64,000 nt of DNA. It comes from Vicugna vicugna. Lineage: Eukaryota. Numbering within the stretch: the first letter of the stretch is position 1; the number at the start of each line of letters is the position of its first letter. Where the stretch lies: positions 406,962 to 470,961 of the forward strand of contig MU058482.1 of the NCBI GenBank assembly GCA_013265495.1, read 5' to 3'. The translations under genes were made by a program, and so were the position numbers. Below are positions 27,651 through 40,929 of this stretch, one piece after another. The notes beneath the pieces were generated by a model. That model was not told the origin of the DNA. It worked only from the letters and a program-made list of their open reading frames with translations, and did not search any database.

Positions 27651-28866
27651 TTTACTTCAAATTCTTTGTTTCACAGCAGCCCCCACAAACTCCCTAGAAT
27701 GTATCACATGTATTTTTCTTTGAGTCAGAATTACTATGCATACCAACATACACTACTCAGCTTATGCCTCATTGCAGTGGATGAATTGAGACCAGTAACT
27801 TGGCTGTGGAATGGAGATTCTTTTGCAAAAAACAGCTTCTATATCCTAGTGAAAAAGTTTGGAAACTACATTAGGCCTTTTCATTAATGTTTTGTGGTCC
27901 ATTTGGCACCCTTTTTGAGATCGTTTCATGTGCTAAATTGTTCCATCCTTAAACAGAAGCGGCTCAAACATGTCAAGATTTTAGGAAAAGTGAAACAACT
28001 GGAGAATGAAACCTGTTTTCTTCCATTTTGTCCTTTTAATTGCTATCTATAGCCCCAGTTACCCTCTGAATTCTGAGTCTGTGCCTTTCTGGGTAAATGA
28101 GAACATGGAGTTGTACATTTATTTTACTTCAGTTCCGCCTGTAGGAACTAATTTTTGCCCCTTCCCTCCCAACTTGAGTAATTGCAATGATCTTTAGGCA
28201 TGTTAGTAGTTAGCACACAGACTTCTAAGAGTGGATTTATTAAACAGCTGTCAGATTGGTGATGCTTGCCTAGTCCTGAATGGTCCAGTTATTTGTTTTA
28301 TACTTCAGTTTTTCCAGCAGAGCATGACAAAAACATGGTTAATTTGGACTATTATTCACACAAACCCATACTGTTTCATAGTATGAGGCAATGGCATTCC
28401 AACCTACTATGGGCAGGAGTCCTGTCCTATTTATAAGAATCTCATAAATCATTTCATATAACAGATAACAAAGTAGAATAGAAGGGAAAGGCTGAACTAT
28501 GGACTGCCCTTGGGTCTCAGATCCACAGTATTATAAGTAGCTTTTCTGTGATAATTTGGGCAAAATAACTTTTAACCACCCTGTTTTCTGATTTTATACA
28601 TTCTTCATATGCTACACAAACTCACTTTTAGCACATAACTCATGACAAACTCGATGCTTAGAAGAAGGGTCTGAGTTCTAAGACTAAGATGCTGATAAAA
28701 CCTGTTTGAGATTATAACGTTAGCCATCAGTATTTTAAAAAGATACACTGGGCCAGTTAGCCCAGGCGTGAAAACCTGTTTTTAATTCCATATGAAACCA
28801 AGTATTGAAAGAGACTGGAAAGCCCTTTTTAATAGCTAGAGAAATAATCGTACACTCTTAGAAAAG

Positions 28867-28890
28867 ACACACACACACACACACACACAC
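28867..28890. repeat. (AC)12 microsatellite
   Basis: Read directly from the sequence. Confidence 0.95.
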
Positions 28891-30049
28891 GTGTAGGCTT
28901 ACCGATAAACACTGACTTGTATTGATGAGGAAGAGTCATTTCACACTCTAGGTCTCAGGCTACCATGAATTACATTTCCTCATGTAACTTAGAACTTTAC
29001 ACTGGGTTTGTATAATCACAGGTGTGCTCTTAATACTTGGAAATTCAGGCTTCTACACCAAAACTACATTATGTTACATATTTTTAAAATTCTGATCAAA
29101 TGCAGATACTACAGAATTTTTTTAAAAAGAGGCTAGTGTTCTTAAAGGTCACTGATTAGATGGTAGGCTTATCTATAGTCACTGTTAACATTACCTAACC
29201 CTGGGTCCCAGGAAATGAGATTGGAGTTGGTTCAATAGAAATTACAGAGACAAAGCAATAGGGTTGACAGTGTAGGTAAGGATGGAAGACTCAACAGTTT
29301 CAGAATCAATGATAATTGTTTAGAGAGTATTTGGGTAACCTGACAGTCTCAAAGACAGGCTTTATAAACTTCAGTGGAAGTAAGATTTAAAAGTAAAATA
29401 AGGTGATGCATTTGTTTGGGTGTAAAATTTAGAATAATGGATTTTCTCAATATCTCATGAAATCTAAAAAAATAGCCTGAAGGCTTTTAAGAATGCAATT
29501 TCCAACCAGGTTGGAAAGCAAGAGAAGTAGTTTGGTTGAGTGAAAAGGACACATTTCTGATGGTACGTAATTTTTAATTGGGAAACTTCTTTGGAGCTCA
29601 CCAGTTGGAGTGGATGACAAATTTGGAATGCTTGAAAAGGGATTCTCATTAGATTTTAGTTCAAATGATACCTCAGCATCTGAAACCTGCAAAAATGATT
29701 AGTATCAGTCAATCCGTGTTTTAAAGCTCTTGTACAGATAGAACTGCATATAACGGAAAAGGGAAATAATGCAAACAGGAACGAGATTGTGGTAAATTGG
29801 AAGGAAATAAACTGAAGCTCAATGAGGATTGAGAATGTAATGGAAAGAGTAGAACAAAAATCATACGAGCCATACAGTAAACATAAAATGTCAATGAAGG
29901 AATCTACTAGACAACTTTAGTAGCATTATGTTCAAAAGAATAAAGAGCTAAGGAAAGCAAAGCCCCAGGGGTATGATATGGAAAGTGAAGAAACAGAGCA
30001 GGTGACAAACTACTTCACAAGTACTAGTGTTTTTAGTTAATGCAGGTGA

Positions 30050-30950
30050 AAAGATGGATGTGTCGTGGAAACAGTTGGGGAGTAGGAAATAGCTGTATAT
30101 TTAATGAGATCAGTTAAAAAATGTAGTTTGCTCTGAGAATGTGTGGCTGGCCTCTGACAGCACTGACTGACCACTGATGCGCTAATTGTATTTCCAGGAG
30201 AGAACCAGGAAGCATCTATTACCAAACTGTGGACTGGGAGAATGAAGGACTTAGCCACATAAACTTTCCTACTGACAGCTGACCTTTTTATTTAATATGA
30301 GGAAAATTCAGCTGCCCCGGTGTTAAATGGGGTTTGAATTTCTGGACCCTAGTTCAGATCACCTTGGCCAAGGAAATGCATTTCAGTTGAGAGGGTTGGA
30401 GAAAAATTCATAGTACCCTGATTGAGGAAACCAGTTAACAATATAGTAAACAGATGTGACTTAGAAATGAAAGTTCCCAGTAAATGTTACGTATAATATG
30501 CAGAGTGGGATACTAATAAGTAACTAAAGAACCTCACTTTGTCAATGCTCACAAGACAAAAGGTATTTATACTATGATGTTTATTTGACTGTAAGAAGCA
30601 CTATGTTGGAGAATTTCTAGTATTTGGAATAAAGTAGAAATTTGGCTGGTTAAACTATATAGAGAAAAAGCTGGATATAGATGTATACCTGATCGAGATG
30701 ACAATTCCAAATGTTTAGAGAGGACTAAATTAGGGGTGTTTGAAAATTCTAAGTTATTCCAAGAATTCTTGTTAATCAAATTAATCCTACTGAATTAAAG
30801 TAAATCAAGGAGAAACTCTCAAAACAATATGTGGTTGCATTAGTATTTTTAAGTTAAAGAAAAAACCCAGTTATGAAAAGCAGGACCTGTTGAGAGAATG
30901 TTGAAGAGTTAAAGCCCTGTTGTGAGCTAGAGTGGGACTCTTCCCCATCA
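30050..30950 (+). mobile_element. Possible highly degraded CR1/L3-type LINE (ORF1 C-terminus region)
   Basis: Ordered translated remnants DALIVFPGENQ (30176-30208), RC*MGFEFLD (30318-30347) and LAKEMHFS*EGWRK...LIEET (30364-30435) resemble CR1 ORF1 esterase motifs. By-eye call only. Confidence 0.35.
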
Positions 30951-31699
30951 CTTAAATTGCAAAACAGTAAGAAAAAAAGGGCTAATGGAATGTGGTAAAT
31001 GCCAAAAAGGAAGGAATTGTAGCCCAAGGTGAATGGGGTATAAGAGGGTGCGACGCTCTCAATTTCAGTCCTGAGCATGCCAGATTATTTTTTAGGTACC
31101 ACATGGGAATCAAAGAGAGGCTAAGGGGAATTTGACAAAAATTTGCTTTTTTTGCAAAAAATAACTCCTCCAGGCCTTTTCACAAACCTAAAAATGTAAT
31201 TAGAAATCATTACTAGTATATTTGCAAATTAGGTGAGTAGTTCTCAATCTTGGTTGAGCATTAAAATCACGAAGACTACTCCAGACCAGTTAAATCTGCA
31301 ACTGGGACTCTGGCATCAGTATATTTTCAAGCTACCAACATGGAGAACCACTGTGGCAAGAGGCAAAAGTGCCCCCTGGTAAATAAGGGGAAAGCGGAAG
31401 GATTAGGAAAAGGCTTTGCAGAGAGGGTCTCTTGAGGGTGGCTAGTAAGGAAGTCAGTAATAAAAAGAATTTTATTACTTGTAATATGATGAGTGTCTTA
31501 AGGCAGGTGCTTGCAATAAGTTATAGTGTTATGCTTCATTTGTGGGAAGGGTGCATGCGCCTGCATTAAAAATGACCAATGAATGAGAAGCATCTGGGTA
31601 AGGTTACAAGTTGAAAGACTAGGGTTGAGGGAGAGGCAAATCCTTGTTCTTGGAGGCTGCAGGAAAGCATGTTGGATTGCCCACCACCCCTGCTACTTC

Positions 31700-31880
31700 A
31701 GGGTACAATGGAACTTTCTGTGTTGATGGAAATTTTTCATAATGCACTGACCAGTGATGGGAGCCCTGTGGCTGAGCCCTTGAAAGGTGGCTACTGTGAC
31801 TGAGGAATTGGATGTTTTTATTTTTAAAGTTAAATAGCTGCATGTAGCATGTGGCCACTTTACTGGACAGTATAGTGTTA
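31700..31880. mobile_element. MER3-like MITE
   Basis: caatggaactttctgtgttgatggaaat...gtggctactgtgactgaggaattg...tactggacagtatag. Confidence 0.75.
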
Positions 31881-33032
31881 GAGTACTGAGCAGTTTGCAC
31901 ACAAGTGCAGGTACTGATTTCTAACTGAAACTTATGTGAACAAATGCAACCGTTCCCAAGATATTTCATGTCTTGAGTTCATTGAAAATACTGTTTACAG
32001 GCCCTAGGCACTAACATTGAAGACTTCCTGGGAACACCCCTGGACCCTGACAGCACTGAAGGCTTCCCTAGCATGAGCACATGCACACTTGCATGCCTAG
32101 TCCATGTTGGTCATGCCTTGACTTAGCAATGCCTCTTGCAGGATAAAGTATATTTTCAAGTAGTAACCAGTCTTGTCAGTTGGGTGGCCCGAGGGTTTAC
32201 AGAGGGTTTCACGTGCACCAGCATGATGCTGGGCAAGCTTTTAACGTACACAATCTTACTTCATTCTCACACAGTCTTACCACATATGTATGGGATTGGT
32301 AATTGCTGTGTTTATGTCATAGAGTTTCAAAGAGATTAAGTACCTTGTTTAAAGCCCCATAGTTATTAAATGGCAGCACCAGCATTTCAACCTGTGATCT
32401 GACTTAACATGGATGTCAGCCCTTAGGAGAGGGCATGGTGTCTTGAAACCTACATCCTGAATCCTGGAAAGTGACCACTATTTCTAAACTACAATAATCT
32501 TTTAGGATCCCAGCACCTATTCTCCTAAACTTAAGAGAGAAAATATCCTTACCATTTTTCTTTACATTCTGCTTACCGAGTACTGAAGTGGTTCATAGAC
32601 CTAGTCATCAGGAAAGCATATTACTGGAAAATGCGTGGCTGAGAGTGGAAACGCTGCTGTTTCATGCAGTGTGGTTGGGCTTTAGAGATACAGCAGTAAT
32701 ACAGAATACATTCTCTCCCACCCATTTCCTTACCTCTTCCTAGGGTACCCAGAACCCCCATTTTAAACCATTCCTTCCACCTCAAACAACATATGCTTTC
32801 TATATATCTTGTAAAAATCATTCTTTGTCAGGACAGTACTCCGACTGTAGAACTTGGGCTCTGTACGTTGACGGCTGCATGGCTCATCAGAAGCACCGTG
32901 GTGCCACTGCAAGAGTGGCCTGCGAAGGAAAGACTAGTCTTTCCCAAAAAGGACTTATTAATGTGAAAGGGGTTCAATGACACAGATTGAGTGACCTTTG
33001 CAGGCCCGCACAAGCCACAATAAAGAATTTCT

Positions 33033-33269
33033 CTTTTTTTAACATTTTTTTATTGAGTTATAGTCATATTACAATGTTGTGTCAAATTCCAGTGTAGAGC
33101 ACAATTTTTCAGTCATACATGAACATGCATATATTCATTGTCACATTCTTTTTCGCTGTGAGCTACCACAAGATCTTGTATATATTTCCCTGTGCTACAC
33201 AGTATAATCTTGCTTATTCTGCATATGCCTGTCAGTATCCACAAATGTTGAACTCCCAGTCTGTCCCTT
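33033..33269 (-). mobile_element. Young 5'-truncated L1 3' end with 17-bp TSD
   Basis: Homologous to 12395-12660. TSD CACAATAAAGAATTTCT at 33016-33032 and 33270-33286. Confidence 0.9.
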
Positions 33270-34689
33270 CACAATAAAGAATTTCTGATGTGAATTTGAG
33301 ACAGTAAAAAAAGTGAGGTTCCTTAGTCCTTGATTAACAGCTTTACGTTTCCATCCAGGCTGGACCACTGACATCTTGGATGCTTTTTTTTTTCCCCCTT
33401 GCCTGTTTTGTACCTGCCTTGAAGGTTACTTGCTCCAGAGAATTATGAATGAGATACTTCAAATCCTCTCTTGGCCCCACTGGGAGAAATAACCCCAAGC
33501 AGAGAGCCTGTAGTGAGCCAGGTGTTTTGCTAAATAGCTAGCCAGAGGCAGCTGCCCGCCCAGTCTCGCCCACAATATTCCTCACTCTGCTTGGAACCTG
33601 TTACTTTTTGTTAGCTTCCTCATCAGCCAAACCTGCCCTTTCCCCGGAATTTCATATGCGTTCTCTACAAACGCCGTTCTCTATCAGCAGCTAGGTTATT
33701 CCGAAGGCCCCAGAAGTCACTGGGGTTTAGTTGCCAGAAAAGTTCTCTGCATAACTGCTGGAAGTGCTGTGGTAGTCTGCATTGTCCTTGCCAGGTCCCC
33801 CATCCTGGACTGCCCCTCAGCATTTTTCCAACTAGAGGTGTTCCAACTCTGTGCCTTTGGTGGCATCTACTCCCCCGGGGAAGTCTAGCAGCATCCTCAC
33901 TCTGTTTTCTCGTGACACCTTTGGAGATGGCCTCAGTGTTTGCTGTCAGTGTTTTCACTCCCTCTTACCTGGGCGTACAATCCTGATCCACTCGTGGGGC
34001 CCAGCAACTACCTGGGTACATACCCAGGGCTGTACTGTCTCCCCCTAGCCTGGGATCAGGCCTGTGGCAGCACTCCTCCGAAGTTTCTGCTGTCCTGTCT
34101 TTGTAAGCATCCACCTGAGTGTAAGTATATACAGCTTTCCTTTAAAATATTTTCATCCCGCAGTAGAGTCCCTCACTTTCCCAAGGATTTTGCAGTCTTC
34201 ATGCAAATACCTTGAAGATTCGTTTTCCCTAAATCTCCACAGACTTTAGGAAGCTTTGTCTTAGCTTTGGTGTATCTGGAGTCCTGTTTCAACTTCTTTC
34301 ACCAAGATGGCAACCTCCTGTCTGCCTTCTGTACGCTTGTTTTTCATTTTGCCTTCCTTGCAACGCCCTTTGGGGGTGTGTGTATGTGTGTTTTTTTTAA
34401 CCCCATTGGTGGTTCCATATCCATGTTCTCCCCTGCACCCTTTTTTAGCAACTTTATGACTGTCTTCAGTTCTTTGCTTAAGCAGTGTTGGTACTTAGCA
34501 GCTTCAGAATATCCTGGGCACAATTCAGTTGCAACATGCCACCCACCTTTTTCCCTAGGAAATGTGCTAGTGAAACAGTAACAACCAAGGCTAACAATAT
34601 GTATGTTTCTGTATCTAGCTGATGTAAACACATGCTTATATTTGCTCGGTTCAGAAATAAAGGTGACATACCATATTTTAATAGCTACT

Positions 34690-35387
34690 GTTTAAGCTCA
34701 TTGCCTCCTAAATACCCGTTCAGTTGTTTTGTTTCTCTCCATCTTGGCTGCCACCATCCCAGTCCAAGCATCGCCTTACTCCTGGCTTACTGCAGTACCT
34801 TCCTGTATCCCCACATCGACTGTGATTCTCTTCCAGTCACTTCTCCACACACGAGCCATAGTGATCTTTTCAAAACACACATATAATCATGGCATGTCTC
34901 GGCTTAAAATTCTTCTGCCTGTTCTTGCCCTTAGGATAGTAACTTCTTAACAGTGTATATGGGGATACATTCTTCCCTTGCCCATGTGTCCAGCCTCTCC
35001 ACCATATGCTCCCGCTCTTTTCCCTGTTCCAATGACATGGGACTTTCTTTGTCCCTTCTTGCTCCCCATGCTCTCCCCCTCCACCTTTGCCCATTTGGTT
35101 CCCTAGTTAACTTCTGTTCATCCTTAGAATTTAGCTGAAGTGTCACCTTCTCCAGGAATCCTCCCTAACCTTTCCTAAGTAGACCAGTAGGCTCTAGAAC
35201 CAGGAGTCTTTTCTCTGAGGAACTGATTACAGTCACACTCAATTTGTATGATTATTTGATTAATAAGGTTTTAAAATTATTAGAGTGGAATTCAATGAGA
35301 GCAGGAGCCACATCTGTTACTGTTCACCAATATCCCAAGTGCTTAACATAGTGTCTGAAACACAAATACATGTTGAATGAATGAATG
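34690..35387 (+). mobile_element. L2 3' end
   Basis: Pyrimidine-rich L2-like body ending ...gtgcttaacatagtgtctg...catgttgaatgaatgaat. Confidence 0.75.
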
Positions 35388-37253
35388 GGAAAGGGAAAGG
35401 AAGAAGTGAGGTAGAGTTAGCCTAGGGTGAGGCAGTCTTGGAAACAGGCAGCAGGAATGCCAAGCAAGGCTGAAGAACTGACTTCACAACACAGGAGGAA
35501 GGTAATGCCTTTGCCTGTCTCGAGGTGCTTTCCTAATGTGAATTTCAGTGCCTTTGCTTCCCCTACAATGTTTCACAATCCTCTCCCAATGTCAGCCTCC
35601 AACAAATCCCTCAATAATCTTGTCTGATCCTAAGGATGAGAAATAAAGGCGTTATCCAAAAAGATGTATATGCTCATTGCAACGTGCAACTGACCTGTCT
35701 TTCAATATCTTTAAGCCCAGTTTCCCTTACATAGCCCACTCTCCCCTTGGTCGGCACCTCTCCCAGCCCTCGACACCTGCATTCTTTAATTTTTAAAGTA
35801 TATATATATATATACAGGATAAAATGCATACATTTTAAGCATACAGCTTGGTGAAGATTTCCAAAGTGAGTATGTTCCTGTTTAAACACCATCCTGATCA
35901 GGATATAGAGCATTACCAGTACCCCCGGAAACCTCCTTCGTGCCCCCTCCAGTCATCATACCACTAGATAACCACTATTCTGACCTCTATCGCTATGGAT
36001 AGGTTTCGTCTGGTTTTGAGCTATATATGGATGGAACAGTATTGCATTGTTGAAGTCTGGGGTCCCCCTGAGAGAACACTGGATTGTAGTACACTGGGGA
36101 GATGATTCCAGGAGACAGGAGTGTGAAGCAGGAGGAGTGAGTCAGTGAAGGAGAAAAAGCCAATATAAAGGTGTGATACTGAGATGGATACATAATGCTT
36201 CCCACAATTGTCTGAAGGGTGGGAGAACAGCTGGGATGTTCATCCACTGACTCCTGTTCCCTGGAAACTGAGGGATGCCCCAAGGAGGTTAATGTCCATG
36301 CAGTTCTGGACTGTGACTGATCTTAGGCTCAGGCACCAAGGCAAGACATTTGGGTTGTTTTTGGTTGGGATAATACTGCTATGAACATTCTTGTTCACGT
36401 CTTTCGAGAACACATATGTTCACATTTCTGTTGGGTATATAATTGGGTAGGATTGTTGGGTCCTATGGTATGTGTGTATTTAGCTTTAATAGATATTGCC
36501 GAACACTTTCCCAAAGTGATTGCACTAATATATATTCTTACTAGCTGTAAATGACATTTGCAGTTGCTCCACATCCTTGCCAACACTTGATCTTGTTAGT
36601 CCTTATGATTTTAGCTTTTTTGATGAGTGTAGTGGTATCTCACTGTGTTTGCTTTTTGGTAAACTTTTTATTGAAGTATAGTTTACATACAGAAAAGTGC
36701 ACAAATCACGTGCAAAGCTGTTATTTTTCACACACTGAACACATGCACACAAGAGCTAGAAATTAAGAGTTGGAAAATCACCAGCACTACAGCCCACTCA
36801 TGCATGCCCTCTTCCCGCCACTATGCCACCATGCCAAGGACGTCTATTATCCTGACACCATAGATTCTTTTTGCCTGTTTTTGAACTTCAAATAAATGGA
36901 ATAATATATTATGTAGTTTTTTATGTCTGGCTTCTTTGAGTCAACATTATGTTTGTGCAATTCATCTATATTGTTGCATGTTGTAGTTCATGCTGTTGTA
37001 TGGTATTACATTGTATAAATATACTGCAGTTTATTCCTTCCTGTGAATAGGCATTTGAATTGTTTTCAATTTTGGCTGTTATGAATAAAGCTGCTATGAA
37101 TATTCTAGAGCATGTCTTTTTGAACATATGTATCTATTTCTAAAGCTAGTTATAAAATTGAGAATGAAATTACTGGGATAAAGAGGATTACCCCACCCCC
37201 TTGCCTACTTGCTATTTCCTCTCTAATTTTAAAGGTGACTAGTGGTGTGTCTC

Positions 37254-37340
37254 TTTTTATTATAATGGAGGTCCTGGGGATTGAACCCAGGACCTCCTGC
37301 ATGCTCAGCGTGGGCTCTACCGCCGAGCTGTACCCTCCCT
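37254..37340 (-). mobile_element. Vic-1-like SINE
   Basis: ggaggtcctggggattgaacccaggacctcctgcatgctcagc...gagctgtaccctccc, flanked by the direct repeat CTAGTGGTGT (37239 and 37341). Confidence 0.9.
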
Positions 37341-40300
37341 CTAGTGGTGTCTCATTTAAAATTTGTTTTTCCTTTTACTTTTTAAATAAGCTTTTAACGT
37401 TGAAATAATGTTAGATTTACAGAAAAGTTACAAAGACAGTACAGAGAACTCCTTGTATATCCCTCGACCAGTTTCACCCTGATGTTAAATTAACATCTTA
37501 ATACAACATGGCACAACCTAAAAAACCAATACTGGTGGATTACTATTAAACTACAGACCTTACTCAGATTTCACCAGTTCTTATATGCGTGTGTGTGTGT
37601 GTTTCTGCACAATTTTGTCGCATGTATAAAATTCATGTAACTATCACCACAATCAATACACAGAACTGTCCCACCATCCCAAAGGAACCTTTGTATGCTT
37701 TATTGTCTCAACACACCTCCATCCTCCCACCAGCATCCCTAACCCCTGGAAACCACTAATCTATTCTTCATCACTAGAATTTTGCCATTTCAAGAAGTTC
37801 TATAAATGGCACCATACAGTATGTAACTTTTTAAGAATGGCTCCTCCTCACCCTCACAGCATAATGCCCTTGAATTCCACCCAAGTTGTTACATGTATTA
37901 ATAGTTTGCTCTTTATTGCTGTGGATGTACCAGTTTGTTTAACTATTCATCTGTTGAAGGGCATCTGGGATGTTTCCAGTTTGGAGCTATTACAAATCAA
38001 GCTGCTATGAATATTTGGGTTCAGTTTTTGTGGACATAAGTTTTCATTTCTCTGGGATACAAGCCCAGGAGTGTGGTGATTGGTGAGTAGGATGGTAAGT
38101 ATGTATGTGTTTAGTTTCATAAGAAACTGCCAAACTATTTCCCAGAGTGGGGTATTATTTCACATTCCCACTGACAATGTGTAAGAGATCCAGTTTCTCT
38201 GCATTCTTGCCAGGATTTGGGATTGTCACTAGATTTTATTTTCACTTTTCTAACAGGTATGTAGTGGCTTTCTGTTTTTGTTTTTGTCTTTTGATTTTTG
38301 TAATTTTTGTTTGCTTGCTTATGTTTCCCTAATGGCTAATGATATTGACCATCTTTTCATGTGCTTATCTGCTATCTCTGCATCCCTCTTTGGTGAAATG
38401 TCTGTTTATGATTTTTATTCAGTTTATGATTGGATTCTTTTTAAACTGCTGAATTTTGAGACTTCTTTATATATTCTAGATACAGGTCATTTGTCAGATG
38501 GTTTGCAAATATTTTCCCCCACTCTGTAGCTTGTCTTTTCATCTTTTTAACAGAGCCTTTTGTAGAACAAAAGTTTTAAATTTTGATGAAGCCCAATTAA
38601 TCTTTTTTTTTCTTTTATGGATCATGCTTTTAGTGTCATTTCTAAGAATTCACCAAGACCTAGGTTCTGACAATTTTCTCTTGTGTTTTCTTTAAAAAGT
38701 TTTATAGTTTGAACTTTTATGTTTAAATCTATGACCCACTTTAAGTTATTTTTTGTATGAGATGTGAAGTTTAGATGGAAGTGTTTTTTGTTACTTGTTT
38801 TTAATATGGCTATTCAATTACTCCAGCACCATTTGTGGAAAAGACTGTCCTTCCTCCACACTGAATTGCTTTTGTACCCTTGTCAAAGAGCAGCTGAGCA
38901 TACTGGTGTGGGTCTGTTTCTGGGTTCTCCATTTTGTTCCATTGATCAATGTCCATATCATATCCATTTGTCCATATCATACTTTTGTTAACTCTAGCTA
39001 TATAGAAAGTCTTAAATTTGGGTAGAATGATTCCTTCCACTTTGTTCTTTTTTTTTTCAAACTTGTTTTAGTTATTTCCTTTGCATTTCCATATACATTT
39101 TAGGATATGCTTATCTGTCTGTTAAAAAAATCTTACTTGGATTATGATAGAAAATGTGTTAAATCTGCAGATCAATCTGAGGAGAATAGACATCTTTACC
39201 ATGTTAGGTCCTCCAGTCCATGAACATGGTATAAATTTCCATTTGTTTAAATATTTTATTTCTTTCACCAATGTTTTGTACTTGTAAGCATATAGCAAAG
39301 CTGATCCTGTACCAGTTTTGCTAAGTTTACAGCTCAGCATTTTGGCTCAATTTGCAAATAGTATTGTATTTTAGTTTCAGTTTCTACATGTTCATCGCTG
39401 GTATATAGAAGTATAGTTCATTTTTATATCTTGATCTTACATCTTGCAACCATAATGAACTCTCTTATTCTAGGAAACTTTTGTAGCTTCACTGAGAAAT
39501 GAATTTTCTCAGTTCATTGAGAATTTTGTAGATTCATCTGCTTAGACAGTCATGTCATCTGCAAATAGGGATCCATAGTGGCCACTGTTTCATTCTTGGT
39601 ATTTCAAGACTATCAAAATATTGGTAGTTTTTGTCTTCTCTTTTTTTGTTTTGCTCTTTTTCTAGTTTCTTGAGGTATAAGCATTTACTGCTATAAATTT
39701 CCCTTTCTGCTCTGCTTTAGCTGTGTCAACAAAGTTTGATATGTTGTATTTTCAACTTTATTCAGTTCAGTGTAATTTTAATTCCCCTTGAGATATTTTT
39801 TTCATCCATGGATTATTTAGATTTGTGTTGCTTAATGTCCAAGTGTTTGCATATTTTCCTATTCTCATTCCATTATTGATTTCTAGTTTGTTGCCATTTA
39901 TGATCAGGGGACATAGTCTTATATTATTTAAATCCTTTTAAAGTCAAGGAGGTTTGTTTTATGACTCAGGATGTGATTCATCTTGATGGCTGTTCCATGG
40001 ATGTGTAAAAAGAATGTGTATTCTACTCTTGTTTGGTGGAGTGTTGTATAAATTTCAATTAGATCCTGTTGGTTAACAGTGTTGTCCTCATATTCCGTAT
40101 CTTTGTTTTTAATCCAGTAATTATGTACATTGTTTAGAGAGGGATACTGAAATTTCAAACTATAATTATCAATTTATCTATTTCTTCTTTCTATTCTATC
40201 AGTGTTTGCTTCAAGCATTTGAACTTCTATTGTTTGGTCCAAACATGTTTAGGATTGCTATGTCTTCTTGGTCAATTAGACTATTTACATTAATGTTATT

Positions 40301-40517
40301 ATTAGTATGTTTGGGATTTAGTGTGCCATTTTTTTTTTCTGTTTGTTTCCTCTGTAATTTGTTCTGCCCATCTCCCCCTTTTTCTTACATCCAGTGGGTT
40401 ACTTGAACACTTTTTAGAATTCCATCGTAATTTAGTTATGGTGGACTTTTGTGGGTAATTTGGTTAATCTCATAAAATGTTTTTAGAAAACAGTCTTTTT
40501 AAAAATTGTAACAAGGT

Positions 40518-40607
40518 GGGGAGGGTATAGCTCAGTGGTAGAGTGCGTGCTTAGCATGCAGGAGGTCCTGGGTTCAATCCCCAGGACCTCCTTTTAAAAC
40601 AAAAAAG
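40518..40607 (+). mobile_element. tRNA-Ala(AGC)-like SINE head
   Basis: GGGGAGGGTATAGCTCAGTGGTAGAGTGCGTGCTTAGCATGCAGGAGGTCCTGGGTTCAATCCCCAGGACCTCC. A and B boxes are intact but the acceptor stem is mispaired. Confidence 0.9.
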
Positions 40608-40929
40608 CATATAGTTCTGTGGCATTAAGTACGTACATTCACACTGTTGTATAACCATCACCACCATCCATCTCCACATCTTTTTCATCTTCCCCAGCTG
40701 AAACTCTGTACTCATTAAATACTAATTCCCCTTTTCTCCCTCCTCCCAGTCCTGGCAACCACCATGCCACTTTCTGACTCCATGAATTTGACTACTCTAG
40801 GTACCTCATGTAAGTAGAATCATATCAAATTTGTTCTTTTGTGACTGGCTTATTTCATTTGCCCTAATGTCATCAAGTTTCATCTATGTTGCAACATGCA
40901 TCAGAATTTCCTTCCTTTTTAAGGCTGAT

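Noticed and set aside
40520..40592. Functional tRNA-Ala(AGC) gene
   Set aside because: The acceptor stem is mispaired, it has the SINE-type 5' GGGGAGGG end, and at least six sibling copies, several with TSDs, occur in the window.
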